From Octopus sinensis (lineage: Eukaryota), in NCBI RefSeq assembly GCF_006345805.1, contig NC_043007.1, positions 1,178,001 to 1,242,000 on the forward strand: a stretch of 64,000 nucleotides of DNA. Reading direction: 5' to 3'. Shown here piece by piece: positions 60,410 through 64,000 of this stretch. The number at the start of each line of letters is the position of its first letter. Within the stretch, counting starts at the first letter, position 1. The notes under the pieces were generated by a model. The model did not search any database. It was not told the DNA's origin and saw only the letters and a list, made by a program, of their open reading frames with translations. The translations under genes and the position numbers were made by a program.

Positions 60410-61710
60410 TCACTTTATCCTAGTCCTGGAGATGATTTTGAAATCAGTGGAACAAAGTTTCGGAACAAATCGCCCATGTACAATCACCTAAGAAGCCCTT
60501 CATAGATGACGTGACACTTCTGTCGACAGACAAGCAAATCATGCAGAGTGCCCTCTTAAGGCTAGACGAGCTTATGTAGAGGTCAAGGATGCGATTCATG
60601 GCATTTATTAAGGGAGTGCAAAAAGAAGTTAAGCTGAAGTCAAGAGCGTGGGGCTTGTATATGCTGGATCATTGTCAAATAGGAGTCGCGGGATGCAAAT
60701 TGTGAAACAAGCCGAGGATGGGTTAACAGTAATTGGTAACTGAAAGCTTCCAGGTATATATAAAATATGGTGTTTACAGTTTGGCTTGTATCCGCGCCTT
60801 TCGTGACCACTTCTAATATGCGAGGTGGCACTGTCAAATCATTAGATAAAAGTGTAATGTGTTCATTAGAAAGTGGCTAGGTCTACCTAGAATATTGAAC
60901 AGTTCAGCTTCCTATCGTAAAAGAGGCTCGTTGCAGTTACCACTGACGTTAATAGTCGAGATTTATAAACTAGGAAAGGTAAGAACGGCGTTGATGCCGA
61001 GAGAGTCGAAGGACATAGAAACCAAGCGTAATCCACCAGATGTAGAAACAGCCAGGAAGTGGAAATCAGAAACAGAGACTGATGGCTTTCTGTCTTCACT
61101 TACACCCCAAGATATGGTGAGTGCAAAGCAAATTCATCGGAAGGGACTTGGATTTAGCGCAGATCGGTTCAGATAGTTTGCAAGCACGATGTAGAACCAA
61201 CGCAGATCTGTTGTTAGCAACAGCGTCAAAACAAAGGAATCTGAGAGAAGAGAGCTTCATTTGATCAAATGCGCTCAACAAGGACAGATGACGAAATGGG
61301 AGGAACACATTGTTGAAGGAAAAATAAGTTGGAATGAGATATGGAGGTGGACTATATTACGGCTAAGTTTTCTGATTCGTTCATCCAACGATGTCTTGCC
61401 ATCGCCTACAAAGCTAGTAAGATAGAATGTCTCAGAAAATGATATATGCAGATGCGGAAAAGTCGGAACGCTGAAACATATTCTTTCTAACTGTTCACTG
61501 GCATTGAATAGATATACATAGAAGCACAATCTGGTCCTTAAGGTTCTCTTCAATGCTATAAAGAGCCAAATTGCTCTCACCAACAGTGGCAAAAATCAAT
61601 GAAAGAATCAACCAGAGATTTCATTACTATCATGCGCTCAGGACAGTAGATCCGTTTCAAGAAGAAGAAACGATTGAGAGGTGGCTTCAGAGTACCAGAC
61701 TCAAAGAAAG
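60410..61710 (+). mobile_element. Hero-clade (R2 superfamily) non-LTR retrotransposon fragment
   Basis: FIDDVT, KIWCLQFGLYPRLSWP, FIRKWLGLPR, ARKW, RKGLG, CRCGKVGTLKHILSNC. Multiple stops. Confidence 0.8.
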
Positions 61711-63550
61711 TGTGCTGGAGTTCCAACTTCGCTGAGTGATTTTCGAAATGACTTATTTATATGTTATAAGTAAATTGCTATGCAATGTTACCCATAATTC
61801 CCCGCGTCTTCAATTCGGGCAACACCGGGTCTTTCAATTGTATATAGGGAACAAGGTTGTAGTTCTTGCGTCGGGGTCACCAAATGTAATGGAAGGTTGT
61901 TCTTCCTGCAACTGGATCACCAAATGATCACCAAAGGCTGTTCTTCTTGAATCGGGGTCACCAAATGTAACGGGTTATGTTACCGTTAATTTGTTCAAAC
62001 TCTGGGAGATTGCGTGGAAAAAAAAATATTGTTTACAATTTTTATTCGCACGTACGGTCAATAGACAAGGCTGTTGTAGTAGACAGCAGTTCAGTGATAT
62101 AAGGAAGATGACAGCAATGATTGCTCGCGTGCTTGTGACGTCCCTCGGAGTTCCTACTTGTACCTGTGAGGAGAGCTAAATCTATGTTCGGGGAACAATG
62201 GAATGCATATGTCTTATCTGGTATAACCTCAAAAATGACCGTAGAATTTTAGCTCAAACAAAGGAACTAAGGTAAGTTTGACAGGTGACCTCATAAATTT
62301 CCAGGTACTAACGCCGAAACAGAGAAAAACATGTCGTAAGAAAATCTAGGTTAAGGTTTCGAACCTGCATCGCCAAATAGAGGTACTGGTTATAATCATA
62401 CATAAACGTGCTTACGGTTTACATTATTAGTTCAAATGTCAACGAGACCAATTTTGCCTATCGATCCTCACGAATATTAAACCCTAAGAAGGCATCTGAC
62501 CGGTTATTTTATTTAAGATTAATTCTGTTTAAACTGTAATTACGGGAAGTTCGGGGCTTCTTTTTATAGATAGAACATCGATTTTCCTGAAACTATATTG
62601 CGAAAGCCTTTCAAGATTATTGATTTCCGAATGAGGAGTGATCACCTTGGTCAACACACTCCAAATTAGACAAATATTAAATTTAGTTAAATAATTAAAT
62701 GACAGAATTTGAACTCAGAACGTAATGAATGCCGCTAAGCATTTTGCCCGGAGTGCTAACGATTCTGCCACCTCGCCACCTTACATTAGCATAAATAATA
62801 CAAGTTTATTGATATAGCAATCTGCAAGGCACTAGTCTGCAGGATTCCAGGGAACTAGTCTGGCGACCGCTGACATTTGAAGTTCCTGCTCATGAATTAT
62901 TGCGGATTATAGGAGGTTCCGAACCATTTGTGTTGTACCAGAATAATACGATTAAATTGTAGAAATATATCATTGGTGTCGCTGGAGTCGCTGGTGTTGT
63001 ATCGCTAAGTAATTGCTCGACTTCTTTTTCGACGAGTAGCAGTAGCTTTGGCAAGTTTTAATTTATCACCGAGGGAGTATGTTTACGTTAAGAAATGCGC
63101 AATTAAGAAATGCGATGAGAATTGTATAAACATGCCAGGCATGGCGTATTTCTTGATGTCGAAAAAAAGCAGTTAAGAATATACTAAGCCTTATCTTTGA
63201 ATGTACAATCTTGTGTTTTGTTGTTTTATTTAACCCGTTCATTACATAAAAGTGAGATTTATTAAAATTGTTTAGAAAATACAAATGTATGTTTTTAGAT
63301 AATTTTAAAAAAATAATTATCTATGTTTTGTTCTTCGGGACCGAATATTTGGTTTATTAAGCCCTCTCCTTCATGAGCAACCCAGAAACATAAATGTATA
63401 TGATTTCTATTTCTCCGTTTCCTGCAACGATGTAATCCTTGAGATACACGATTAAGCCGTTCGAGATGAATTTCCCAGTTATTACGATTAGTCAAAGACG
63501 ATTTTGGTGTGATTTGAACTGTGTGAAGTGGGGAATATATACCAAAAGGT

Positions 63551-63929
63551 GGAGGCGCAATGGCCCAGTGGTTAGGGCAACGGACTCGCGGTCGTAGGAT
63601 CGCGGTTTCGATTCCCAGACCGGGCGTTGTGAGTGTTTCTTGAGCGAAAACACCTAAAAGCTCCACGAGGCTCCGGCAGGGGATGGAGGTGATCCTTGCT
63701 GTACTCTTTCACCACAACTTTCTCTCACTCTTACTTCCTGTTTCTGTTGTACCTGTATTTCAAAGGGCCGGCCTTGTCACTCTCTGTGTCACGCTGAATA
63801 TCCCCGAGAACTACGTTAAGGGTACTCGTGTCTGTGGGGTGCTCAGCCACTTACACGTTAATTTCACGAGCAGGCTGTTCCGTTGATTCGGATCAACTGG
63901 AACCCTCGTCGTCGTAACCGACGGAGTGC
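63551..63929 (+). mobile_element. SINE family 3 copy (long form)
   Basis: tRNA-like head plus body shared with 59010-59371. Confidence 0.87.
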
Positions 63930-64000
63930 TTCCATATACCAAAAGGCATTTGTCGAATATTCTAGCTATTCTGCCAATCAGATTTTGTTCTGAACATACA

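Overview
AT-rich, repeat-dense eukaryotic DNA. The SINE families and repeat landscape point to an octopus genome; this is recognition, not a database match. Manual splicing on the minus strand gives one complete 10-coding-exon SLC22-family (MFS organic-ion) transporter gene, 47039->15440, 1698 nt, 565 aa, with all introns GT-AG and phase-consistent. A tandem paralog follows: its exons 1-2 (8952-8826, 4824-4619) are visible and the rest runs off the left edge. The remainder is microsatellite (including a 2.8 kb AAT array), tRNA-derived SINEs, decayed LINEs (R4/Dong-like, Hero, RTE), a Naiad-type Penelope-like element, DNA-transposon remnants and MITEs (mariner, Tc1, hAT, Merlin-like, Chapaev3-like, Helentron-like) and a solo LTR. 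Most notable observations: (1) the complete transporter has a neutral Asn at the TM11 charge-selectivity position (OCT1 Asp474 / OAT1 Arg466), a TM1 Lys shared with its paralog, and eroded MFS motifs; (2) several Penelope-type minimal hammerhead ribozyme motifs, all gene-sense, are core-mutated inside introns but core-intact upstream; (3) a composite Merlin-like unit with an 8-bp TSD, telomere-like repeats and a passenger segment; (4) a microsatellite-mediated 1.09 kb tandem duplication of a foldback element; (5) an RTE copy with twin-priming geometry. No prokaryote-type system (CRISPR, operon) is present.
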